Positions 13,462-23,733 of a stretch of 64,000 bases of DNA are shown here, piece after piece. The stretch is from Scenedesmus sp. PABB004 (lineage: Eukaryota). The notes beneath the pieces are model-generated. The model saw only the letters and a list, made by a program, of their open reading frames with translations. It did no database searches and had not been told where the DNA came from. Location: positions 868,001 to 932,000 of the forward strand of contig JABVCE010000008.1 of NCBI GenBank assembly GCA_014905635.1, given 5' to 3'. Positions within the stretch are counted from its first letter, which is position 1. Every line of letters begins with the position of its first letter. The position numbers and the translations under genes are program-made.

Positions 13462-13719
13462 GGCTCCCGCCCAGCCAGCAGCGCGCTGCTCAGCGCATGC
13501 CCCTGGTGGTGCTGAGGCAGACACCCTGGAAGCGCTGCGAAGCTGCGAAGCCTTGCCAGCGGCAGCGGCGCACGAACGGCAGCAGCAGCGCCGGCTCGCG
13601 AGCAGCGTCGCGGCGGCGAGCGGCGCGAGGGCGGCGCAGTGCGAGACAGCGCGGCAGCAGGGACAGGAACACAGGCGCATGCCCCAGGCGCGGCCAAGCT
13701 GGGACCGCAGGCTGGGTTC

Positions 13720-13985
13720 GGGGCGTCGCTTTTGCCGCCGCCGCACACTCGCTCCGCCTGTCGTCACCAGCAGGTACCGCCGTCATCCACCCTCCAGCCT
13801 CCAGGACCCGCGCCCGCCCGGGCCGATGGCGCGGGCGCGCGCGCGGCCACCCCCGCGCACGGCGCGGACCGGCGCCGCGCAAAGCACAGTGCTGCTGGTG
13901 ACGGCAGTCGTGGAGGGCTGGCTGGCAAGAAAAAGAGCCCCTACGAGGAAGTGGCGCTCAAGATCGGTGTGTGCCGGCGCCGCCG
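13720..13985 (+). pseudogene. Degenerate, internally deleted fragment of the DUF3181 gene (upstream region plus the VVEGW..KSPYEE exon), inverted relative to the full copies
   Basis: cgcacactcgctcc..cgccgtcatccaccctccagcc matches the reverse complement of ~16380-16440. gcagtcgtggagggctggctgg..aagagcccctacgaggaagtggcgctcaagatcggtg matches the reverse complement of ~15890-15990 with a deletion. Confidence 0.75.
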
Positions 13986-14091
13986 CCGCCCGTAGCTGCG
14001 GCGACGGCCAGGCACCGCGCCACCGTCCGGCTGACCGCTGCGCCGCAGGCCGACACTCGGGAGCCAGTGATCAGCAGGTGCAAGAAGCAAG

Positions 14092-14307
14092 ACCCCTTTA
14101 GAATGCCTGGGCCGCTTGGCTGAGGCGGAATGGTCCTCAACCGCAGTCATCTCGCCTCACGCGCCGATACAGCGTATCAGCACAGTGAGGCTTCGCACTC
14201 AAGCGGCCAGGCTGTCAATCAACATCAGGGGTGGAGAACTTGTCTGTGTTGAAAGACACAGATAAGGTGTACGAACTGTAGAACAGATCCTGTTCAAGTA
14301 CAGTCGT
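14092..14307 (-). ncRNA. U3: U3 snoRNA, copy 1
   Basis: Minus strand starts ACGACTGTACTTGAACAGGATCTGTTCTACAGTTCGTAC, matching the plant/algal U3 5' domain (GAC, A', A boxes). Terminal stem ACCCC/GGGGT, box B-like GAGTGCGA, box C-like GATGA; ~216 nt; low-GC island. Confidence 0.88.
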
Positions 14308-14404
14308 GAAAACGCATTCCGGCCGCGCGGCATTTGACGCACTGCGCGCCGCCGCCGCGCGGGGGACCAGCAGCGCTGGCAGCGCCCACAGCGCGCGGGC
14401 AGCA

Positions 14405-15215
14405 TGCTGTGCAGCTGCCGGCGGCGCCGCCGCCGCTGAGCCTGCTGGCAGCCGGGGCGCCGGGGGCCGCCAGGCGCTGATGGAGGAGAGCTGGGGATCC
14501 CGGAGCCTCGGCCATGGCGTCGCCGGGGCGGGCCTCGGCGCGCCGACGAGCCGGCGGGATGCTGGCGCCCGCCGCTGCTGCTGCGGCGCCGGGCGCCCGG
14601 CGGCGGGGCTGAAGCGCCCTGGATCGGGCCCGAGAGCGGGCGGCTGGGTCCGGTCTGGCGCGTGGTCTGGCGCGTGGGCGGCTGCGGGCAGCGTGGCGTG
14701 CGGGGCGCAGCAGCGGCGGCGGCGGCTCGCGCGCGGCGCCGGCCGGCCGCCCAACAGCAGGGGCGCGGTGTGGGTCGGCCTGTGACTGCACCACGCCACG
14801 CCGGGGCACATCGATAAGGGCGTGAGCGCGGGCGGGGTTCAGGGGCGCGGCGACGGGCACCCAGCGGCGCAGGTTCCCAACACCTGCCGCAGCGTGCCCA
14901 GCGACACACCAAGCAACGGCAAACGACACTGGACCCGCACGCAACTGCGCCTCGCGCGCGAGCGCCCACCACCGCCCTCCGCCCGCGCGCGCCGTCAGCC
15001 GCCGCCCGCGTGCTGCAGCAGCTCGCGCAGCACCTGCTGGATGCGCGGCGTGTTGCGGCGCGCCACCCAGTTGCGCAGCTTGCGGTAGTTGAGCTCAAAG
15101 CGCGCCAGCCAGCCGCCCGGGTCGGCGCCGGCCGCCGCCTGCCCGGCCAGCCCGCGCAGGGCCTCCATGGCCGCCTCCAGCTGCTCCTGCTGCTCGTCCG
15201 GCGCGGCCAGGCACT
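14405..15215 (-). repeat. Truncated copy C of the orphan QLQ/B3-like family (3'-end remnant, spacer, and MAEAP.. start at 14515)
   Basis: Homologous to ~33580-34372 and to the reverse complement of ~57778-58410; breaks into deletion fragments after QRLAAPGA. Confidence 0.85.
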
Positions 15216-16750
15216 CCGCGCGCGCCAGGCGCCGCAGCGCCGGCGCTGCCGCTCCTCGCTCGCTCGCCCGCCGCTAGCTGTTGCGGGCGTAGTCCTCCAG
15301 GATCTTGACCAGGTCGCTCACGCACATGCTGGGCATCACGTCAAACAGCGACACCTGTGACGCCGCGCGCGCGCGGCGCCAGGCGCGGCGGCAGCCGCAC
15401 GGGTGGGCGCGGCCCGAGGAGGTGCACGGCCCCACGCGCCCGCGCCGCTGGCAGCCAGCCGGCCGAGCTCCGCCCAGCGGGCGCACCAGCGTCTTGCCGG
15501 CGCCGAGCTCCACCGGAATCTTCTTGAGCACTGCTGCCACGTCGCTCTCGCGCAGCCCGCCGCGCCCGCCCGCGGCGGCCTGCGCGGCTGGCGCGGCGGC
15601 GCCGCGGTGGGCGCGGCGAGCGCGGCGCCGCCCGGCGCGCGCGGCCTGCACGCTCGCGCGCGCACACACACCTCGGGCCCCAGCTGCGTCGCGAGCGCCT
15701 GGCTCATCTTGAGCCCCGGCACCGCCGACATGTCCCGCAGGAACAGGTGCCAGCCGGCGATGTCGACATACACGTCCCGCCCTGCCGGGGCACACGCGCG
15801 CGCGCGCCGAGCGAGCGGCAGGTCAGCCGGGCGGGTGGGCGCGCATGCCTGCCGCAGCAGCTGCTGCTGCGGGCGGCGGCGCCGCCGGCGCACCGATCTT
15901 GAATGCCAGCTCCTCGTAGGGGCTCTTGTTCTTGCTGCCCTCGCTCGCGACCAGCTTGGCCAGGTCCAGCCAGCCCTCCACGACTGCGGGCAGCAGCGGC
16001 GCCGCGCTCAGCGAGGCCGGCGCCCGCACGGCGCCCGGTCCGCGCTGCGCGGCCGGCCGCGCACCGTCCTTGCCGATGCCCCGAGCCAGCGGCGCCCGTC
16101 GCAGGCGGTGCACCGGCAGCGGCTGCACGCGCGGCAGGACAGCGCCTGCGCGGGCGGCAAGCAGCGGCGTGCGGCGGGCGCGCTTGGTGCCGTCGGTCCT
16201 CGAGCCCACCTGAGCGCGCTCGCTGAGCGCGCTGCGTGCGCCCGGCCGCCCCAACACGCACTGCTGGGCTGCCTGGCGCCCGCCCTGGCGCGGCAGGCGC
16301 CGCTCTGCGCCGCCGCCGCCATCGCCGCCGTCCGTCCCGATCAGCAGCAGTCCCGGCGTGGCTGGCGCGTGGGGATGCTTCGCGGCTGGAGGGTGGATGA
16401 CGGCGATACCGCTGGCGACGGCAGGTGGAGCGAGTGTGCGACGCCAGCTGCGCGGCGCGGCAAAAAGCGCCGAACCGCAGGCTGGGTTGAAGGGCCCCGC
16501 GCGCCACGGTGATCCTGCCACTGCTGCTGCGCGCTCTCGCATTGCACCGCGCATTGGACGCCGCCGCTGCGACCGCGACGCCGGCCGCCGCCGCCGCCGG
16601 AGGAGATCCGCTTTTGCTCAACGAAACAGTCGGAGGCGCCTCCCATTGACGCGCGACATGGCTTCACGCATACCGAGCATGGCGCAGCAGCGCGGGGCCC
16701 TCGGGGCGCGGGCGGCGCCGCGCCGGCAGCAGCGGCCGAGCAGCGCGGTG
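15061..16750. repeat. Recent segmental duplication, direct copy of ~34221-36060
   Basis: Near-identical at offset 19160 from ~15061 to ~16690 (only a few substitutions seen), then a ~145-bp deletion before homology ends near 16750. Confidence 0.93.
15274..16322 (-). CDS. DUF3181-family (cyanobacterial-type, putative plastid) protein, copy 1; start uncertain
   Basis: Exons VVEGWLDLAKLVASEGSKNKSPYEELAFKIG / RDVYVDIAGWHLFLRDM / ESDVAAVLKKIPVELGAGKTL / VSLFDVMPSMCVSDLVKILEDYARNS*. Confidence 0.75.
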
Positions 16751-16753
16751 TGA
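16658..16753 (+). pseudogene. 5' remnant of the GIY-YIG-like gene (parent at 35818)
   Basis: MASRIPSMAQQRGALG-ARAAPRRQQRPSSAV* matches the parent start with an internal deletion and ends in a stop. Confidence 0.8.
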
Positions 16754-16794
16754 GCGCGGCGCCCCCGCCCGCCCGCCCGCGTCCTAGCCAAAAG

Positions 16795-17016
16795 ACCCCT
16801 TAAGAACGCCTGTGCGCGCCAGCTGGGGCGGAAATGCTCCCCAACATACACATCAAGCTCTACGCGTCCGCACAGCGTGCGGCCACAGCAGAGCGTAAGC
16901 TTCGCACTCAAGCGGCCAGGCTGTAAATCAACATCTGGGGTGGAGAACTTGTCTGTGTTGAAAGACACAGATAAGGTGTACGAACTGTAGAACAGATCCT
17001 GTTCAAGTACAGTCGT
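16795..17016 (-). ncRNA. U3: U3 snoRNA, copy 2
   Basis: 5' ~118 nt almost identical to copy 1; same ACCCC/GGGGT closing stem; followed by CTTTT (possible Pol III terminator); ~222 nt. Confidence 0.88.
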
Positions 17017-17450
17017 GAAAACATTTTCCGGCCGCGGCGCATGTGAAGCACTGCTGTGTCTGCGCGGTGCTTGCGACGTTTTGTCTGTTCCACGTCGGTG
17101 TTATGTACCGGTCCAGCTTCCATTTTCTGGAAGACCGTGATCGGCGAAGCCCAGCTGCTTGCTCTGTCGCCTGCCGTCTGCGATGCGCTCGCAGGGCGGG
17201 TGGCGGGGCCACCGGGCTGCGCTCCTGCGGCGCGGAAGTGGCAGCAGCGGACCGCACCGCCGCCGGCGGCTTGGCTGCTCGCCTGCGGTCCCTGCTCGGT
17301 GCTGCGCGTGCGTGTGAGTTGCGCGTCTCTAGAGCGACGCGGCGCAACTGTGGTAGCGGTTCACTCGGCCGCGCGCCGGCGCCGCGCCGCGCCCAGCCGC
17401 CGGCGCCGCGGTGTCGCCGCAGCCGCCTTCCCAGCAGCTGGGCCCAGCGA

Positions 17451-17455
17451 TTACA
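17451..17455 (-). promoter_or_regulatory. TGTAA polyadenylation signal of the helicase gene
   Basis: ttaca on the plus strand ~75 bp beyond the stop at 17527; TGTAA is the chlorophyte poly(A) signal. Confidence 0.6.
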
Positions 17456-17526
17456 GAGCAGAGAGCGCGCCCGCCCGATCGCCGGGCCATTGCGCCACCG
17501 CAGCGCGCCCGACCGCCGCCGCCGGC

Positions 17527-20500
17527 TCAGCCGCACAGGTCGCTGATGGGCTTGCGGTCCATGCCGCGCAGCGCCGCGCGCGCCGGCTCGACCAGGTAGG
17601 GCAGCTCCGCTTGCAGGAAGGTCATCTGCGCCCGCGGCGGGGCGCGGCGGCGGCGGCGGCGGCGGCGCTGACGCGTGAGGCCGGCGGCGCCGCGTGGCAG
17701 GCGCGCGCCGCGCCGCGCGGCGCGCCCCGCCGCCGGCGCCCGCGCCTGCTTGAGCATGTCGGCGGTGCGCGCGAGCAGGCGCGCCATGTCGCCGTCGTCG
17801 AGCGCGCTGTCGGCCATGATCTCCTGCCAGCTCGCGCCGCCCGCCCACGCCTCCACGAGGCCTGCGCGCGCGCGCGCGCGAGGGCGGGTCGGCGCAGCGA
17901 GGGGCCCGCCGCCGCCCCCTGCCCCCCGTCCCGCGCCCTCCCCGCCCGCCCGTCCCGCTCGCTCCCCGCCCGCCCTCCGCGCCGCGCCCCGTCAGACTCC
18001 CCCCCCCCCCGCCCGCCCTCCGCCCCCCGCTCCCGGCCACTCACCCGCGAGGCGCAGGTCGACCGCGAGCTCCTCGTTCCAGCGGTGCTGCCCCGCGTCG
18101 CTCTGGGCGGCGTAGATCGCGTCCATGACCGGCTCCAGCGCCTCGATCGCGGCCACGACCGGCTCGGACACCTGCGCGCACGGCGCGGCGCGGCGGCGTA
18201 GGCGAGGGCGGCAGGGCGCGGCGTAGGCGAGGGCGGCAGGGCGCGGCGTAGGCGAGGGCGGCAGGGCGCGGCGTAGGCGAGGGCGGCAGGGCGCGGCGAA
18301 GCACAGCGCGGCGCGGCGCCGGCAGCCCAGCACAGCGCGCGCGCGCGCGCTCGAAGCTGCTCCACACGCTCATCGGCCGCTTGAGCAGCTCGGCGCACTG
18401 CAGCGCGCCGACAAACGCGGCGAGCTGCGGCGGCGTGAGGCCGACGACGGCGGGGTGGCTGATCGCGGCGGCGACCCAGAGCTCGTTGTTGCAGTTGATG
18501 CTCCGCGCGACGCGCCCGAGCGGCAGCAGGCGCAGCGTCGCGTCCTCCATCGCGCCCAGTCGCACCAGGATGCCCAGCACGCCCTGTGTGTGTGTTGGTG
18601 GGGGGGGGGGCAGTGGCGGCGCGGGGCGGCGTGAGGGCGGGCGCCGCCAGTGCTGGCTCCGCCGCCAGCGCAGCCCGTGCCAGCCGCGCTGGCCGGCCGG
18701 GCGCCCCCTCAGAGCCCCCCCCCCTCCCGCCCCCAGGGCATGCGCCGCACCAGGAAGCCGTTCCACGTCGTCGCGCCCTGGCCCTCGTCCGCGGCGGCCA
18801 TGAGGCGCTTGGCGCGCTTGACCAGCCGCTTCGCGACGACGAGCGGGTCGCGGCCCTTGAGCGCGGCGGCGGCGCCGCCGCCGTCGCCGCCCGCGGCCGC
18901 GGCCGCGGCGGCGTCGAGCTGCGCCGCCGCGGCGGCCTTCTCCGCGCCGCGCACGGCCTGCAGGCCCTGCTTTGCCGCCGCGAGCACGGACCGCGCGCCC
19001 GCGATCGCGCCGGCCGTCTCCGGCGACGGCCCGAGCGGCTCAAACGCGTCGAGGGGGAGGTTGAGCCGCACCGCGAGCGCCGACGTCGCGGCGCTGCCAA
19101 ACGTGACCTGCGCGCTGAACATCTGGCGGCTGAGGTTGGCCCACGCCTTGGTGTTGCCCGCCGCGCCGCCGAGCACGGCGGCCAGCTTGGGCAGCGCGTC
19201 GGCCTGGCCCTCCAGCACGGCCGCGAGCGCGCCCGGGTCGCGCGCCACGCCCGCGACGTGCAGCGCCGACACCGCCATCGGGCGGTTGTCCGCGCCGAGG
19301 CAGAGCAGGATGGGCCCGGGGGGCACGTCGCGCGCCGACGCGGGCGACACGGGCAGCGCGTCCGCGACGCCGACCGCCAGCGCCGGCAGCAGCTCCGCCG
19401 ACTTGGACTCGTCGTTCGGGTGGCGGCTCAGGTTGAGCAGCAGCAGCGCAGGCAGCCCCGGCGGCGGCGCGTCGCCGTCCGCGGCGGCGTCACCGCCGGC
19501 GCCGTCGCCGGCCTGCAGCAGCGCGCCGACCGACGCGCAGCGCTCGAGCGTCGCGCGGTCGCGCAGCGCCTGCAGCGCGCCCTTCTCGCGCTTGACCGCC
19601 GCCTGCGCGCGGAGGCCGGTGGCGGGCGGCGCGGCTCGCGCGTGGCGGCGCGGCGCGCGCGGCGCGCCCGCGACTGCGCCCCAGGCCTCGGCCCTCCGCC
19701 CCCGCGCCGCGCCGCACCGCCGCCGCGCGCATCGCCTCGCTCGCGCCCTCGCGCCCCGTCGCCGAGCCGACGAGCCCCGCCGCCGCCTCGACGAGCGTCT
19801 GCGCCTCGCTGCGCAGCTTCTTGGCGCCCTCCTGCTGCAGCCAGGTGCCGAACGACTTGCTGCGCGCGGGCGGCGGCAGGCGCACACGCAGCGGCGGCAG
19901 GTGAGCGCGCTGCGGCCGGCGCCCGCCCACAGCCGATCGTCTCTGCCCGCCACCGCGCGCCGCCGCGCCGGCCGCGCCGCGCCGCGCCCCATTCAACCTG
20001 AGGAACTCGCGCGCCTCATCCAGGCTGTACACGCTCAGCAGGTTGAGGACGAGCGAGTAGCTGGTGCTGAACTGGCTCGCGAGCGGCTCGGGGCCGGCGG
20101 TGATGATGCTGTGCGCCGCCTCGGCGCCCTCAAAGCTGCGGCGCGCAGCGGCGGCGGCGGCGGTCGGCCGGCAGCGCGCCGCCGACGCGCGCGGCGGGCC
20201 ACGGCGCGGCGCTCCGCGGCGCTGCACTCCGCGGCGGTGCGGGGCGGCGCGCACCGGCCCTGCATGATGACGCAGTGCCCGAGGGTGTCGTAGCCGCGGC
20301 GCCCCGCGCGGCCGGCCATCTGCAGCAGCTCGTTGTGCGGGAGCAGCACGATGCCGTCGTCGCTGCGCCGCGCGAGGTTGCTGATCACGGTCGTGCGCGC
20401 GGGCATGTTGATGCCCGCCGCCAGGGTGCCTGCGCGTGGCGCGTGCGTGACGGCGGCGGCGAGCTCGGCGCACGGCCGCCGGGCGGCGAGCGCCGTGCCG

Positions 20501-23406
20501 CCCGCGAGGGCCGCGCGGCCGCGCACCCGTGGCAAAGACGAGCTTGAGCAGGCCGCGCTGAAAGCAGCGCTCGACCAGCGCCTTCCACGCGGGCAGGCAG
20601 CCCGCGTGGTGGCTCGACACGCCGCGCAGCAGCGCAGGCACCAGCTTCTCACGCACCGCGTCGGGGTTGTCCGCGCTGCGAGGGCGCGGCGCGCGCGCGG
20701 CGGGCGCGCGCGTCGGCCGAGGGCGCGCCCCGCTCGTTGCCCCGGTGCCGCGCCGCGCCGCGCCGCCCCGCGCCGCGCCGCCCCGCGCCGCTCACTAGAG
20801 CTGCGACAGCTCCGCCTCGAGCGCCGCCTCCTCGGCCGCGGTCACGAGCGGCACGTTGCAGGCGATGGCCGAGAGGTCGCAGTCGCGGCGGCTGAGGATG
20901 AACCAGCACGCCGGCAGCATGTTCTTCGCGAGCAGCTGCCGGACGACGCCCTCCTGCGGGGGGATGCGCTTCGACATCACCCGCCGCACCAGCTCCTGGC
21001 GCTCGCGCGCCTCGCCGCGCTCGCCGCCGCCGCGGCCGAAGCGGCCGCCGCCGCCGCGGCCGCCGCGGCCGCCGCGCGGCGAGGAGAGCAGCTCAAAGTC
21101 GGAGGGCCCGCCGTAGCCGCCGCCGCCGCCGCCGTAGCGGTCGCCGCCCTGCTGGCCCAGCGCCGCCGCGCGCGCCTCGCGCGCGTCGCGCAGCGCCTGA
21201 AACCTGCGGCCCGTGCGGCGCGGCGCGGGCGGGTGGGCGGGCGCACGCCGCGGCGCTGGGCCCCCTTGCTGCTGGGCAGGCCGCCGCCTTGATTTAGGGT
21301 TTGGGGTTTGGCGTTCGGGGTGTGCTTGCGCCGCCGCTCACTTGAGCTCCTCGTCCACCCACTCGTCCATGCGCAGCCGCGGGTTGAGCTTCAGCCCGCT
21401 GCTGCTGCCGCTGCTGCTGCTGCCGCTGCTGCTGCTGCTGCCGCTGCTGCTGCCGCTGCTGCTGCTTGCGCCGCTGCCGCCGTCGCGGCCCGGCTGCTGC
21501 TGCGCCGCGCCGCCGCCGCCGCCGAGCAGCAGGTCCTCCAGCACCACGCCCTGGCGCGGCGCGCGGTGGCAGAACACCCAGCGCAGCGGCACGGGCCGGA
21601 AGCGCGTGCGGATGGTCACGCACTCGCCGTGCACCTGCGGCCGCGCGGCGCGGCGCAGCGGCGGCGGCGGTCAGCGCACGCGCAGCAGGCCGCCGCGGCC
21701 GCCCCTGCTGCCCGCGCCGCCGCCGGCGGCGGCAGCTCGGGCGCACACGCACCGCCGAGATCCAGCCGCCCAGGTCCTCTGGGTTCTTCACCGTCGCGCT
21801 CATCGCAAGCATCTGGATGTGCCTGCGCGGCGCGCGCGGCCGCCGCGGGCGCCCCGCGCCGCCGTCGGCGGCCGCGGCGGCGGCGTGCGGCCGGGGCGCA
21901 ACCTCCCCGCGCCCGCCGCACGTGCCCGCGCGCGCGCGCCCTCGCCCGCGCGTTTAACTGTCCGTGGGCGGTTGGCCTCTCACCGCGGGCAGTTGATGAT
22001 CACCTCCTCCCACACGCTGCCCCGCCAGGGGTCGCCGAGGTAGTGCACCTCGTCCAGCACCACCAGCCCCACGTCGCCCAGGCGCTCGTCGCGCGTGCCC
22101 GACAGGCTGCCGCCGCCGACGACCTCGGCCGTGCTGCGCGCGCCGTGGCGACGTGGCGGCGCGGGCGCGCGGCGGTCGGCGGTCAGCGCGCCGCTGCAGG
22201 CATGGGCTGCCACTTGCGCTGCCCAGCGGCGGCGCCAGCAGCAGCGCCAGCTGCAGCAGCGCCGGCGCCAGCAGCAGCAGCGGCGCACCGGTACATGATG
22301 TTTCGCAGGATCTCTGTCGTCATCACCACGATGTCGGCCTCGGTGTTGAGGCTCGTGTCGCCCGTCTGCAGGCCCACGCGCCCGCTGCCGAAGCGCGCCG
22401 CCTTCTCCGCGAGCTTCTGGTTGCTCAGCGCCTTGAGCGGCGTGGTGTAGATCACGCGCTGCCCGCGCGCGAGCGTCGCCGCCGCAGCCGCCTCGGCGAT
22501 CGCTGTCTTGCCCGCGCCTGGCCGCGCGGGCGCGCGGGCGGCGGCGGCGCGGTGTGAGGCGCGGGGGCGGCGGGGCGCGGCGCGTGCGCCTGAAGGCTGC
22601 CGGGCGGGCGGCGCCGGCGGCGCCGGAGCTGCGCCGCGCGGCACCGCGCGCCGCGCACCCGTCGGCGCGCACACGACGACGCTCTTGCCCTCGAGCAGCT
22701 GCTGCACCGACTTTTCCTGGAAGCCGTCCAGGCGGAAGGGGAAGAGGGCCAGCAGCTCCTCCAGCGTCACGCGCCCGTCGCCGCCGCGCGCCGCGGCAGC
22801 CGCGAGCAGCGCCTCGAGCTCCGGGCTCGCCGCCTGCGGCGCAAAGCGCCCGCCAGGCGGCGGCGCGCGGCCGCCGCCGCCGCTGCGGTGGGCGGCGGGG
22901 GCGCGGGGGAGCAGGTTGCGGCTTGCTCGGCGCGCGGCGCGGCCGCTGCCGCGTCCTGCGCACGCGCTGCGTGGCGAGCGAGCCGCGGCTGCTGCTTCCG
23001 GCGCCCACCTGAGCGCGTCCTCGGGCGTGTAGGGGTTTTCGTCGAGGCTGCTCGCCGGGCCGGGCGCGGCGGCAGCGGCAGCGGCGCCTGACCCGGCGAG
23101 CAGGGCCGCGCTGTCAGCCAGCTCCAGCTCCTCCGACTCGCCCTCCACCTCGCCCGAGAGCAGCGCCTCGACGGTGGAGTCGACGGCGGCAAACAGCGCC
23201 GCGTCCTGCTCCGCCGCAGCGAGCGGCGCCGCGCGGCCGCCGCCGCCGCTGCGCCGCGCCGCCGGCGCGCCGGGCCTGCCTGGCGCTCTGCTGGCCCGAT
23301 CCTGCGGCCTCAACCTGACTCCTGGCCGCCGCGCCGCGAGCCCCGGCGCGCCAGGCGCGCGGGGCTGCGACGGCAGCAGCCCGCGCCCGGCTGCTGCGCC
23401 CGCCAT
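17527..23406 (-). CDS. ISE2: DExH-box Ski2-like RNA helicase, ISE2-like (chloroplast), multi-exon
   Basis: FPFRLDGFQ, APTGAGKT, YTTPLKALSNQK, VVLDEVHYLGDPWRGSVWEE, AMSATVKNP, HHAGCLPAWK, TLAAGINMPART, LLQMAGRAGRRGYD, and a C-terminal DSHCT-like region (WAGGASW..LDDGDMARLLARTADML). Confidence 0.88.
18194..18298. repeat. 25-bp minisatellite (~4 copies) in a helicase intron
   Basis: cggcgtaggcgagggcggcagggcg with period 25. Confidence 0.9.
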
Positions 23407-23733
23407 CCCGCTGCGGGAGCCGGGCTCTCGGCGCCCAGGTGTCGCAGAGATCGGTGCGTATCACCCGGTTATGCGCGGCAGCTGCGGGCTGCTGCTGCCG
23501 ATCGTGCGCACTCGCGCGAGGCCGCGTGCGGCAGCGGCGCCCTCGCCGGCAGCGCCGCCGGCACAGTGCAGGCCGCTGGCGCGGCTGCTGGATGCTGGGG
23601 AGGGGCGCTGCCTGGTGGTGAGGCTGTCGGCAGCACGCGGCGCGTTACGTCGGCGCTCGAGACGCGCCGCACCGCCACACAGACCCAGACGCCCGCCCGC
23701 CACAGATCACACGCAGACAGCGCCGCCCCTGCT

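Noticed and set aside
17086..17099. Plant USE-like motif (TTCCACGTCG) upstream of U3 copy 2
   Set aside because: Imperfect match, opposite orientation to the plant USE, and absent from copy 1.
18194..18298. CRISPR-like array
   Set aside because: Head-to-tail 25-bp repeats without spacers, in a eukaryotic intron, with no cas genes.
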